Shown here: positions 21,334 through 29,274 of the stretch, piece after piece
Layout: the number at the start of each line of letters is the position of its first letter
How positions within the stretch are numbered: the stretch's first letter is position 1
Source of the DNA: Pyrodictium occultum
Lineage (GTDB): Archaea > Thermoproteota > Thermoprotei_A > Sulfolobales > Pyrodictiaceae
NCBI RefSeq assembly: GCF_001462395.1
Contig: NZ_LNTB01000001.1
Coordinates: 390,001 to 422,000 of the forward strand
Direction: 5' to 3'
Length of the DNA: 32,000 nucleotides
The notes under the pieces: model-generated
Told to the model about the DNA's origin: nothing
Seen by the model: the letters and a program-made list of their open reading frames with translations, nothing else
Database searches by the model: none
Made by a program: the position numbers and the translations under genes

Positions 21334-21407
21334 GGGCGCCATGCTGGTCTAGTGGTTAAGCAGGTATCACGGGCAGAGATACACTCTGGGAGTCTTCCAT
21401 GGCGCTG
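21334..21407 (+). ncRNA. Aberrant tRNA-like cloverleaf (tRNA-derived element, not a canonical tRNA)
   Basis: An 8-bp closing helix joins GCGCCATG (21336-21343) and CATGGCGC (21398-21405). Arm 1 is CTG[GTCTAGTGGTTAAG]CAG with a D-loop-like GTCTAGTGGTTAAG. Arm 2 is GTATC[ACGGGCAGA]GATAC. Arm 3 is ACTC[TGG]GAGT. There is no GTTCRAATC T-loop and no U33. Confidence 0.4.
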
Positions 21408-21818
21408 CAGGAGCTGAGGATAGTAGCGCCTCTGGCAACAATTCACTCGCTCTACTATATCGCGGGGCTCCTGGGCTGGCGGCATGGCTATAGCTTTAGG
21501 CTGACCCCTAGGGGGCCGTTTAGCAGAAGGCTCGAGGAGGACCTAGCGGCGGGCAGGGCTCCCAGGCCGCCGAGAAGCGTGGCAAGGAGGCTACGGCTGC
21601 TTGTGTCGAGGCTCTGCAGCGGCAGCGGGGACTACTGCGGGCAACGCATCGTTGTAGCGGCGCTGCTAGCGGCCTACTCAAGACTATATCCGCCACCCAG
21701 GAGCCCTGTAGACTACTACCTCCAGACACATCCCGGCGTGGATCCATCGGTTGTCAGGAGGGTTGCCTCAATCCTGGCCTCGCTAGGCATTATACAAGAG
21801 GCGGGGAAAGAATCATAA
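21399..21818 (+). CDS. Hypothetical protein (139 aa), no confident family
   Basis: Codon usage (AGG Arg, ATA Ile) resembles the neighbouring genes. ...IHSLYYIAGLLGWRHGYSFRLTPRGPFSRRLEEDL... and C-terminal ...VVRRVASILASLGII are vaguely wHTH-like or Panacea-like, but this is not a supported assignment. Confidence 0.45.
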   Translation: MALQELRIVAPLATIHSLYYIAGLLGWRHGYSFRLTPRGPFSRRLEEDLAAGRAPRPPRSVARRLRLLVSRLCSGSGDYCGQRIVVAALLAAYSRLYPPPRSPVDYYLQTHPGVDPSVVRRVASILASLGIIQEAGKES

Positions 21819-21869
21819 CCCCCGATAGAGTGTCGAGGATTAAAGGGCATGGAGGGGAAGGCCGGGTAG

Positions 21870-21994
<125 letters not shown>

Positions 21995-22087
21995 CGCAGC
22001 ATCCCCCGGGACCCCTACACCCATCCCCTACCTTCTCTGGCCGCGTCTTCCCCCAGCAGGGCCCGGGTGTCCAGCGTCTTGAGGAGC

Positions 22088-22390
22088 ATGGAGCGGGTAG
22101 TTAGGCCGCCTGGGGGAAAGACTCTTGAGATAGCACTCCAGCTGGACGACGGCTGTAGGGTTAGCCAGGTATCTATTACGGGCGACTTCTTCGTCTACCC
22201 TCCCGAGGCCCTTGAAGCGCTGGAGGATGCGCTCAGAGGCTGCAGCAGCACTAGCTGCATAACCAAGGCCGTGAGGCAGACGGCAGAGAGAGCCGAGGCG
22301 CTTGGCTTCACTTGGAGCCAGCTTGCGGCAGCGCTTACACGCATGTATGACGAAGCCTGCAGCGCTCCTAGCAGCAGGCAGCCCCCTTAG
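22088..22390 (+). CDS. Stand-alone lipoate-protein ligase C-terminal domain protein (LplB-like)
   Basis: Trimmed to the ATG at 22088. VRPPGGKTLEIALQLDDGCRVSQVSITGDFFVYPPEALEALEDALRGC matches the remembered Lip_prot_lig_C pattern (k.pGGk.i.v.l....I..v.i.GDFF..P.....lE..L.G). Confidence 0.55.
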   Translation: MERVVRPPGGKTLEIALQLDDGCRVSQVSITGDFFVYPPEALEALEDALRGCSSTSCITKAVRQTAERAEALGFTWSQLAAALTRMYDEACSAPSSRQPP

Positions 22391-22458
22391 CCAGGCCTCC
22401 GGACTGCAGGCGCGGCTGTCTGCTGGAGAGGGCGGCGGGAGGAGAGCTGAGGATATGG

Positions 22459-22536
22459 TGGCGGGCCCGCGGGGATTTGAACCCCGGACTACCGGCTTAG
22501 AAGGCCGGCGCCCTATCCTGGCTAGGCTACGGGCCC
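22459..22536 (-). tRNA. tRNA-Arg (anticodon UCU), encoded CCA
   Basis: Reverse complement: GGGCCCG-TA-GCCT-AGCCAGGATA-GGGC-G-CCGGC-CTTCTAA-GCCGG-TAGTC-CGGGG-TTCAAAT-CCCCG-CGGGCCC-G-CCA (78 nt). Confidence 0.9.
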
Positions 22537-23256
22537 CTCCCCGCCGCCCTTCCTGCACCACTGGCTGTGCATCTCCCCTAGCAGCAGGGGTATATTGTTT
22601 ACCTTGGCCCCGGGAAGGAGACTAGCCACGGCGAAGCCTGCCAGGTCAAAGAGGCGGGCTACCCTGGGGCTTGCAGCTATAGCTATGTCGCTGCTGGCGG
22701 CCACGTAGCCGGAGGCCGCGTATTCGATAACCCTCTTGTCAGCCGTCCTCGAGACCTCGACAATAGCCTCGAGCCCCTCCAGGGCTCTGCGCACTACCAC
22801 AGCCGCCTCGCCACTATGGCTCGGCTGGCTGTCGAAAACAATAATCACGCGCCCCGGGTTTACCATTCTGAGCGCCGAAGCCAGGAGCGCTGCAAGCCTG
22901 TCTATGTTCTCCACGACGGGGCGGGGCCCGGCAAGCAGCGCGTCACGCGTGAGCCCGTCGACACAGCGGAGTACCGGAGCGCCGGTCAACGCGGCATATA
23001 TGGTTGCAAGCTGGTTAAACCCGTCTACGACCAGTTTGCCCCCTCTGAGCCTCTTGGCTGGAACCAGCTTGGAGGCCACCATAGCAGCCACTCTGCGGGG
23101 ATGGATGCATCTTGAGAGAAGGACCGCACTTCTCTTTGAGAGACGGTGCCTCCGCTTAACTAGCTCGAGGGCCTCGCTGCGGGGATAGCCGCGGGAAAGT
23201 AGGAAGAACAAATCATAGAAGGCCTCGGGGGGCGCCCCGAGGCTATCCCGTGCCAC
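22522..23256 (-). CDS. DUF434-like N-terminus + NYN/YacP-like predicted ribonuclease domain protein
   Basis: 244 aa with a GTG start. N-terminal ...FYDLFFLLSRGYPRSEALELVKRRHRLS... The C-terminal part has the NYN/YacP-style series LVVDGFNQL ... IIVFDSQ ... SRTADKRVIEYA ... YVAASSDIAI. Its start overlaps the alaS stop by 14 nt and its last 15 nt are the 5' end of tRNA-Arg. Confidence 0.5.
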   Translation of the reverse strand: MARDSLGAPPEAFYDLFFLLSRGYPRSEALELVKRRHRLSKRSAVLLSRCIHPRRVAAMVASKLVPAKRLRGGKLVVDGFNQLATIYAALTGAPVLRCVDGLTRDALLAGPRPVVENIDRLAALLASALRMVNPGRVIIVFDSQPSHSGEAAVVVRRALEGLEAIVEVSRTADKRVIEYAASGYVAASSDIAIAASPRVARLFDLAGFAVASLLPGAKVNNIPLLLGEMHSQWCRKGGGEGPVA

Positions 23257-26011
23257 TCCCGCCCTTCCCCTCGACCAGGCTGCGGAGCGCCGAGAGCAAT
23301 GCGTCCAGGGCCTCCTCGGCAGAGAGCCCCCTAGCCATCATGGTGACGTGCGAGGGCTTACCTCCTCCACGGAACCCTCTAGATGCCAGCAGCCTAGCAA
23401 GCTGCCGTAGATCGACGCGCTCGGAGGCCTTGGAGCCGGCGCCAACCTCTACCACAACACCCTGCTCAACTGGCACCAGCGCTACTGTGACGCCCTCCGG
23501 GTCCTCCAGGCTCAGCTGCTTAGCAGCCTCCTGGTAGAGTTCGCGGAGGGGGATATCATCCCTCAGCACGTAGACGCGGAGCCCGTCTATGGCCAGTGGG
23601 CTGCTCTTAGCCTTCTCCACCATATCCTTCACGACGTATTTTGAGAGGATGTTAACGCTCTGCCTGGTCTTATTGTAGTCGCGTATAAGCTTCTCTACGC
23701 GCTTCTCCACATCAGCGGCGCCGCCACCCACCATCCTGGCTATATTGTTTAGGCGGCTCTCCAGCTCGGAGGCATAGCGCGCCACCTCGCTGCCGGCCAC
23801 GAGCTCGAACCTCACCACGCCATCCTGGAGCTTCTCCACCCTCGTTATCTTGACGGAGCCTATCTCAGCACTGTTGGACACATGTGTGCCGAAGCACGCC
23901 TCCACATCCCAGTCCCCTATCCTGAGCACTCGTATCTTAGCCGACATGGGGACGCCGCCCTGATATAGGCGGAAACCATAGACCTTCTCCGCCTCGTTCC
24001 GGTCCATTATCCTTGCCTCGACGGGGATGCGCTCAAGTATAGCCTTGTTGGCGAGCTCCTCTATCCTCCTGACCTCCTCGCTGCTTGGAAGCTCGTAGTG
24101 TGTTATATCGAGCCTTGCCTTCTCTGGCGTCTTCTCGGCACCCGCCTGCCACACATGATTGCCCAGCACCCTCCTAGCGGCACCTAGGAGGACGTGGACA
24201 GCCGTGTGGTGCCTCATAAGCCGGTAGCGGCGCTCCCAGTCAATCCTCCCCCAGGCCTCGCTGCAGCCACCAGGCGGCTCCCGGTCAAGCACATGCACTA
24301 TGACGCCATCCACCTTCTCTACCCTCACCACCCGGTATTCCTCGCCACAGAGCCTCACCACGCCAGTGTCGTGGAGCTGGCCGCCGCCCGTGGGGTAGAA
24401 GGCTGTACGATCAAGGACAAGGTAGACACCCTTAACACCAAGCACTCTAGCGGTGAACTCCCTCATATAGGGGTCCTCGTGGAATAGCCTTACAGTCTCT
24501 GGGAAGCCGCGGAGCCACTCAACCACGTCCTCGGGGAGGCTAGGCTTCTCGGACCTCCTAGCCACGCCCCCGCCGGCACCATGGCGCCTGGCGACGATGG
24601 CGTAGAAGTTATGCGGCACATGAACCCTGACACCAAGCTTGGCAGCCGCCTCAGCCACCATGTCCGGAGGGAGCCCATGGGAGTCGTAGAGGAGTATGAG
24701 GTCGTCAAGGCTTAGACTCTTCTTGCGGCGGAGCAGCCTGGCTACCTCCCGGAGGCCCCTCTCGATACTCCGGTCGAACCTCTCCTCCTCAAGCCTCGTA
24801 ACCTTGACTATGTAGTCCAGGTTCTCGAGCATCCTTGGGTAGTAGTCGCGGCCCCAGAACCTGGCCTGCCTCTCAACAAGCTCTACAAGGCTCGCATCGC
24901 TCCCAAGCCTCCTTATCAGCCTCAGCGCCCTCCTTATCACAAGCCGGGCCAGATAGCCCTCCCCAGTGTTGCTGGGCACTATCCCGTCGCCTAGCATCAA
25001 TGCTATAGTCTTGCTGTGGTCTAGGAGAGCATATACAGCGGCAGCACGGCGAAGCAGCTCCTCGGCCTCCCGGGGCTCCATCCCGGCGTCACGGGCGGCG
25101 CGCTCGTAGAACCTCCTAACGCTCTCCGGGTCCTCCGGGTCAAGGCGCCCTGCATCCCTAGCAGCCGCCCAGAGAAGCTTGGATGGCGGGGGCTCCACGC
25201 CCAGCAGCTTATGGAAGTCTTCTAGAAGGCTCCCGTATATCGCGTGAAAGGCCGTTGGGACCCGCTGAGTGAACCAGGCTATCCTCTCAATACCATACCC
25301 GGTATCGACAACCTTAACCGGTATAGGCTCGTAGCGGCCATCAACTACACGGTACTTCATGAACACCAGAGTGGCTAGCTCGAGGCCGCCCACCGTCACC
25401 TCAAAGCTGGGGCCCGCATTGCCTCCACCCTCCCACCACGACTCCTTGAAGGTAACATGCTCCGGGGGAATCCCAAGCTCCTCCGTGAAGAATTCAAACG
25501 CAAGCCTCACCGTCTCCTCCTTCCAGTAAACGCGCTTATCGGGATAGTTGAAGGCGTGGTGCCCGCCCATCTCAAAGCTAGTCAAGTGCCTACCTAAAGT
25601 AAGGCCCACATTATCTATATCTTCAAGCCTTATGCTAGGCTGCACTATGACCAACGGGTTGGCGGGAGGCGGCACGATCCCGCTAGTCACGTGAGGCTGG
25701 AAGACGACTATACTGGCAATGGTGAGATATAGGTCCTCCCTCCACCGCGCCACAACAGGCCTAGGCTCTATAATCTCATGGCCGTTTCTCTCGAAGAACC
25801 TGAGAAACTTCCTCCGAGCCTCGGCGACGCTCAGATCAGTGGACCTCTTCGGCACATCCCAGAAATAGTACTCGACGCAGGGAGCATCGTTACAATGCTC
25901 CTGCTCCGGATTCAGGGTCCAGAAGTACTCGCCGCCTATCCTGCAGCGACGGCGTATGAAGCCCTTCTCCTTGAAGAACTCCAGCTCGTACTCCTTAGGG
26001 TCTACATGCAT
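23243..26011 (-). CDS. alaS: Alanyl-tRNA synthetase
   Basis: 922 aa. Class II AlaRS core (...SFEMGGHHAFN..., WWEGGGNAGPSFEV), editing-domain HxxxH / CxxxH motifs (HTAVHVL ... CFGTHV), and a C-terminal DHHA1-like region. Confidence 0.96.
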   Translation of the reverse strand: MHVDPKEYELEFFKEKGFIRRRCRIGGEYFWTLNPEQEHCNDAPCVEYYFWDVPKRSTDLSVAEARRKFLRFFERNGHEIIEPRPVVARWREDLYLTIASIVVFQPHVTSGIVPPPANPLVIVQPSIRLEDIDNVGLTLGRHLTSFEMGGHHAFNYPDKRVYWKEETVRLAFEFFTEELGIPPEHVTFKESWWEGGGNAGPSFEVTVGGLELATLVFMKYRVVDGRYEPIPVKVVDTGYGIERIAWFTQRVPTAFHAIYGSLLEDFHKLLGVEPPPSKLLWAAARDAGRLDPEDPESVRRFYERAARDAGMEPREAEELLRRAAAVYALLDHSKTIALMLGDGIVPSNTGEGYLARLVIRRALRLIRRLGSDASLVELVERQARFWGRDYYPRMLENLDYIVKVTRLEEERFDRSIERGLREVARLLRRKKSLSLDDLILLYDSHGLPPDMVAEAAAKLGVRVHVPHNFYAIVARRHGAGGGVARRSEKPSLPEDVVEWLRGFPETVRLFHEDPYMREFTARVLGVKGVYLVLDRTAFYPTGGGQLHDTGVVRLCGEEYRVVRVEKVDGVIVHVLDREPPGGCSEAWGRIDWERRYRLMRHHTAVHVLLGAARRVLGNHVWQAGAEKTPEKARLDITHYELPSSEEVRRIEELANKAILERIPVEARIMDRNEAEKVYGFRLYQGGVPMSAKIRVLRIGDWDVEACFGTHVSNSAEIGSVKITRVEKLQDGVVRFELVAGSEVARYASELESRLNNIARMVGGGAADVEKRVEKLIRDYNKTRQSVNILSKYVVKDMVEKAKSSPLAIDGLRVYVLRDDIPLRELYQEAAKQLSLEDPEGVTVALVPVEQGVVVEVGAGSKASERVDLRQLARLLASRGFRGGGKPSHVTMMARGLSAEEALDALLSALRSLVEGKGGSGTG

Positions 26012-26185
26012 TACCCGATAACCCCTCGTCGGGTAGAGTAGGGCGGCCAGCTATTTAGTGTTACAAGGCCACAACAGCCCGGGATAGGAGGCAGAAGCAG
26101 GAGGATTGAGAGAACACTCGGGGGTGCCCCTGGAAGGCTGCCCGCCGGATGACTAGAGGGACAGAGCCCCCGGGGGCGTGCGGCG

Positions 26186-27214
26186 CTAGAACCCGAAGAG
26201 GCTCTCGAGGCCGGCGGCCAGCTGCTCCTCGCTGACCTCCTTCTTCTCCTCTTCCTTCTCCTCCCCCTCTTCCTCCTCCTTCTTCTCCTCGGCGGCGGCA
26301 GGAGCGGCTGCGGCCGTCTGGACCTCTATCCCCAGCTCCTTTGCTGTATCGCCTAGAGCGGCCGCCACCGCCATAGCTCTAGCCACTGCAAGGCCTATCA
26401 CATACTCCGCGTTGTCTGGCGTCACGTAGCCGGCCTCGGCCGCTACAGCCAGTGCACGCCTGACAGCAATGGGTATTGCCAGTTCAAGTACCTTGGGCTC
26501 TGGATACGCTATCTCAACGCCGACCATCAATGCCGCTAGATGGGCCTGTGCCACGTCGTGCCGGTAGGCCTCCAGGTCGAGGATGAGCTTGTCAGCAGGT
26601 ATCACGACACCGTCTTCATAGGCAGCCTTGATCTTGAGCTTCACTATTATCGGCTCTATACCGAGCTTCTGAAGTATAGAGGCCAGCTCGGGCGATATAG
26701 TGTCGCCGGGCTTGGCTACCTTGGTATCCTTAGCTATCCATATTGTGCCTCCCTGCACGCGTATAGGCACACGGAGCTTGCCGAAGACGCTCATTATTGG
26801 GCCAGGCTTGAAGCCGGTATCACCTGCAGGCAGCACGATTTCTGTCGGAGCCACGTCACCGGGCTTAGCAGGCTTCGTCGCATATATCTTGTCTATAGCT
26901 AGTGCCAGCTCGAAGGGGTTGACATTAGTGAATATGAACATATTGGTGCCAGTGAGGTAGGGTTCCAGGGGGGACGGGTCGATACCCGCCTTCTTGAGGG
27001 CCAGCTTGAATAGGGTGTTCTTAGCTACCCTGAGCACAACCTTGTCTCCAAACTTCCTCTCTATCTTCCTGCGTATACGCTGCAGCTGAGCGGTCGGCGT
27101 GTTAGAAAGGTCCACTATAGCTATGACACTGTACTTCCTGGCGAGCTCTGCCAGCTCCTCTACCTCCCTAACCTTCCACTCGGGTATGCGCCTGGTATGA
27201 GCCTTAACGCTCAT
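26186..27214 (-). CDS. rplP0: 50S ribosomal stalk protein P0 (L10)
   Basis: Trimmed to the ATG at 27214 (MSVKAHTRRIPEWKVREVEEL...). Acidic Lys/Glu tail ending ...EEQLAAGLESLFGF, the conserved stalk C-terminus. Confidence 0.93.
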   Translation of the reverse strand: MSVKAHTRRIPEWKVREVEELAELARKYSVIAIVDLSNTPTAQLQRIRRKIERKFGDKVVLRVAKNTLFKLALKKAGIDPSPLEPYLTGTNMFIFTNVNPFELALAIDKIYATKPAKPGDVAPTEIVLPAGDTGFKPGPIMSVFGKLRVPIRVQGGTIWIAKDTKVAKPGDTISPELASILQKLGIEPIIVKLKIKAAYEDGVVIPADKLILDLEAYRHDVAQAHLAALMVGVEIAYPEPKVLELAIPIAVRRALAVAAEAGYVTPDNAEYVIGLAVARAMAVAAALGDTAKELGIEVQTAAAAPAAAEEKKEEEEGEEKEEEKKEVSEEQLAAGLESLFGF

Positions 27215-27288
27215 CGCGACACACCCGGGCTGCAAGCATTCTGAAAGCAAGGGAAGCCTGTGAAACGGGGAGGACTCCAGGGGCCCGT

Positions 27289-27942
27289 CTACCTAACCAT
27301 TATCTCCACCGGCGGGCCCATAGTGGTCTTCACTATTATACGTGCTACATTGTTCCTCGCGTTAGGCAGCTTGCCCTCCAGCGTAGCCAGCACCTTGTAT
27401 ATATTCTCCACTATGTCCTCCACCTTCATATCCTCCGTGCCAACCCGACACATAACCTGAGGCTGGTCCTTAGCCCGGAGCATCACCGCGGCACGGTACC
27501 TCTCGACGAAGCCAGCTATGTCAGCATTCGGGGGCACCGGCACCGGTATCTTGCCACGCGGGCCGAGGGCAGGAGCAAGCGTCCTGCCTGCCAGGGGCAT
27601 CAGGTCGGTGCGGACGAGCACCCAGTCGCAGAACTCGGCAATCTTCTTAGCCGCCTTACGGTTGCCCACAAGGCCCTGAAGCTCCTCCCTGGTTATAACC
27701 CTCTCAGCTACGTCGCGCGCCTTGACAGCCATGTCGCCGTCAGCGACGACACAGATATTGACCTTCTTATTGGGCTTATGGGGCAGGAAGACTACCTCCC
27801 TTATGCGGCCCTGGGGGCTCTTGAGGTCTATGTCCCGGAGCACCACTACCAGGTCAACGGACTGCTTGAAGTTGCGCCTAGGACTCGCCTCTATAGCCTC
27901 CCTAACCGCCTTCTCCACCGCCTCGCGAGGCACAAACGACAT
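27289..27942 (-). CDS. rpl1: 50S ribosomal protein L1
   Basis: Trimmed to the ATG at 27942 (MSFVPREAVEKAVREAIEASPRRNFKQSVDLVVVL...). An upstream in-frame start at 27999 would overlap rpl11. Confidence 0.92.
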   Translation of the reverse strand: MSFVPREAVEKAVREAIEASPRRNFKQSVDLVVVLRDIDLKSPQGRIREVVFLPHKPNKKVNICVVADGDMAVKARDVAERVITREELQGLVGNRKAAKKIAEFCDWVLVRTDLMPLAGRTLAPALGPRGKIPVPVPPNADIAGFVERYRAAVMLRAKDQPQVMCRVGTEDMKVEDIVENIYKVLATLEGKLPNARNNVARIIVKTTMGPPVEIMVR

Positions 27943-27983
27943 GTCCCTACACCCCAGCTGAGCGGTACCAGCCTGGGAGGGGT

Positions 27984-28493
27984 CTAAGCCTTCTCCCACT
28001 CCTCCTCATACCTTGAGAGAACCGCGTCGTAGAGGCCTTCCTCAACCTCCCTGGTTACCTGCTTGGGGTCCTTGCCATCCACGGTTATCCCTATGCTCCT
28101 AGCGGAGCCGAGTATCGTCTTGACGGCGGCCTTCAAGGTCTTAGCGGTGAGAGCGGGCTTCTTCATTATGGCTATCTCCACTATCTTCTCGAAGGGGAGG
28201 TCGCCTATCTTCTGGTGCATCGGATCCCCGGAGGGCTCCTTGGCGCCAACGGCTTTTAGCAGGAGCTCCGTGGTTGTCGGGGGCTTCACTTCTATCTCGT
28301 ACTCCTTAGTGTCCTCATCTACTATTATCTTGACCTGAACCTCGAAGCCCTTGTAGCGCTCAGTCAGCTTGTTTATCTCCTCAACTACCTTGTTGACATC
28401 CAGCCCGAACTTGCTTAGGGAGTCGCTCAGGGGCGGGGCGGGCGAAGCCTCGCCACCCTTAACCTTAGCGTTGATGACCCTAATCGCGCCCAT
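27984..28493 (-). CDS. rpl11: 50S ribosomal protein L11
   Basis: 169 aa. ...[32 protein letters not shown]... and the C-terminal L11 RNA-binding domain pattern. Confidence 0.93.
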   Translation of the reverse strand: MGAIRVINAKVKGGEASPAPPLSDSLSKFGLDVNKVVEEINKLTERYKGFEVQVKIIVDEDTKEYEIEVKPPTTTELLLKAVGAKEPSGDPMHQKIGDLPFEKIVEIAIMKKPALTAKTLKAAVKTILGSARSIGITVDGKDPKQVTREVEEGLYDAVLSRYEEEWEKA

Positions 28494-28495
28494 TG

Positions 28496-29008
28496 CTAGC
28501 TCCCTCGCTCCCTAGCCGGCCTCACCGAGTCCCCTGGCACCGTGATTTGAAGCGGATACTCAACCTCTAGCACATTTAAAACTACCTCATTCTTACCGGG
28601 CTGCACTCGCACAACCTGCGCCTTCATGCCGCGGAAGGGGCCGGATATGATCTCTACTATGTCGCCGGGCTTCAGGGTCTCGACCACGGCCTCCGGCTTC
28701 AGGAGGCTCTCCACATCCTCGTAGCGGAGAACCCCGGGTACAACACCCTTGGCGTATCTTATCCCCTGAATAGCGTTAGCTGCGTGGAAGGCTGCAGATG
28801 TCTCCACTATCACGTAGCCGCGTATCTGGGGAGGCACTATTATGGCGTAGATGGGTATATTCTCGTCCTTCACCCGCTGCTCCATTATCAGCGCTACATC
28901 CAGCTCCCTGCCCGCAACTGTTCTCACGGCGTAGAGGCGGGGCTGCGCCCTAGAGGAGCGCTGCTCCGCCGCGCTCTGCCCCACACGCCACACCCCCATT
29001 GCTCCCAC
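28496..29008 (-). CDS. spt5: Transcription elongation factor Spt5 (NusG homologue, NGN + KOW)
   Basis: ...[15 protein letters not shown]...GYVIVE... (NGN) and ...[21 protein letters not shown] (KOW). The tracked start is the GTG at 29008; an ATG at 28999 is equally plausible. Confidence 0.9.
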   Translation of the reverse strand: MGAMGVWRVGQSAAEQRSSRAQPRLYAVRTVAGRELDVALIMEQRVKDENIPIYAIIVPPQIRGYVIVETSAAFHAANAIQGIRYAKGVVPGVLRYEDVESLLKPEAVVETLKPGDIVEIISGPFRGMKAQVVRVQPGKNEVVLNVLEVEYPLQITVPGDSVRPARERGS

Positions 29009-29012
29009 GGGG

Positions 29013-29213
29013 CTAGCCGGTGAGCAGCGTCGTAGCCACTAGATGGATGACATAGGCTACAGAGCCCACGAGTATTATGGCGAGCCAGATAACCTTGGAG
29101 GCCTGCAGGTACTCGGAGCTATCGGGCTTCTCGACACGCTGCAGCACCAGCCTCCACTCGTGCAGTGTAGCCTTTACATAGTCTATGATGCTCTCCCTCT
29201 CCCTAGCCGCCAT
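29013..29213 (-). CDS. secE: Preprotein translocase subunit SecE (Sec61 gamma)
   Basis: Trimmed to the ATG at 29213. MAARERESIIDYVKATLHEWRLVLQRVEKPDSSEYLQASKVIWLAIILVGSVAYVIHLV has a single C-terminal TM helix. Canonical position upstream of spt5. Confidence 0.85.
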   Translation of the reverse strand: MAARERESIIDYVKATLHEWRLVLQRVEKPDSSEYLQASKVIWLAIILVGSVAYVIHLVATTLLTG

Positions 29214-29274
29214 TAGCGCTGCCCCCGGGCAGACCATGTCTAGCCCAGGATAGAAAAATATGTACACCGAGGCC

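Noticed and set aside
26012-26035. Inverted repeat TACCCGA-(10 nt)-TCGGGTA immediately upstream of the alaS ATG, considered as a regulatory leader hairpin.
   Set aside because: The likely TATA-like box (about 26052-26060) would place the TSS inside or after the hairpin, so it may not be transcribed intact. A 7-bp repeat alone is weak evidence.
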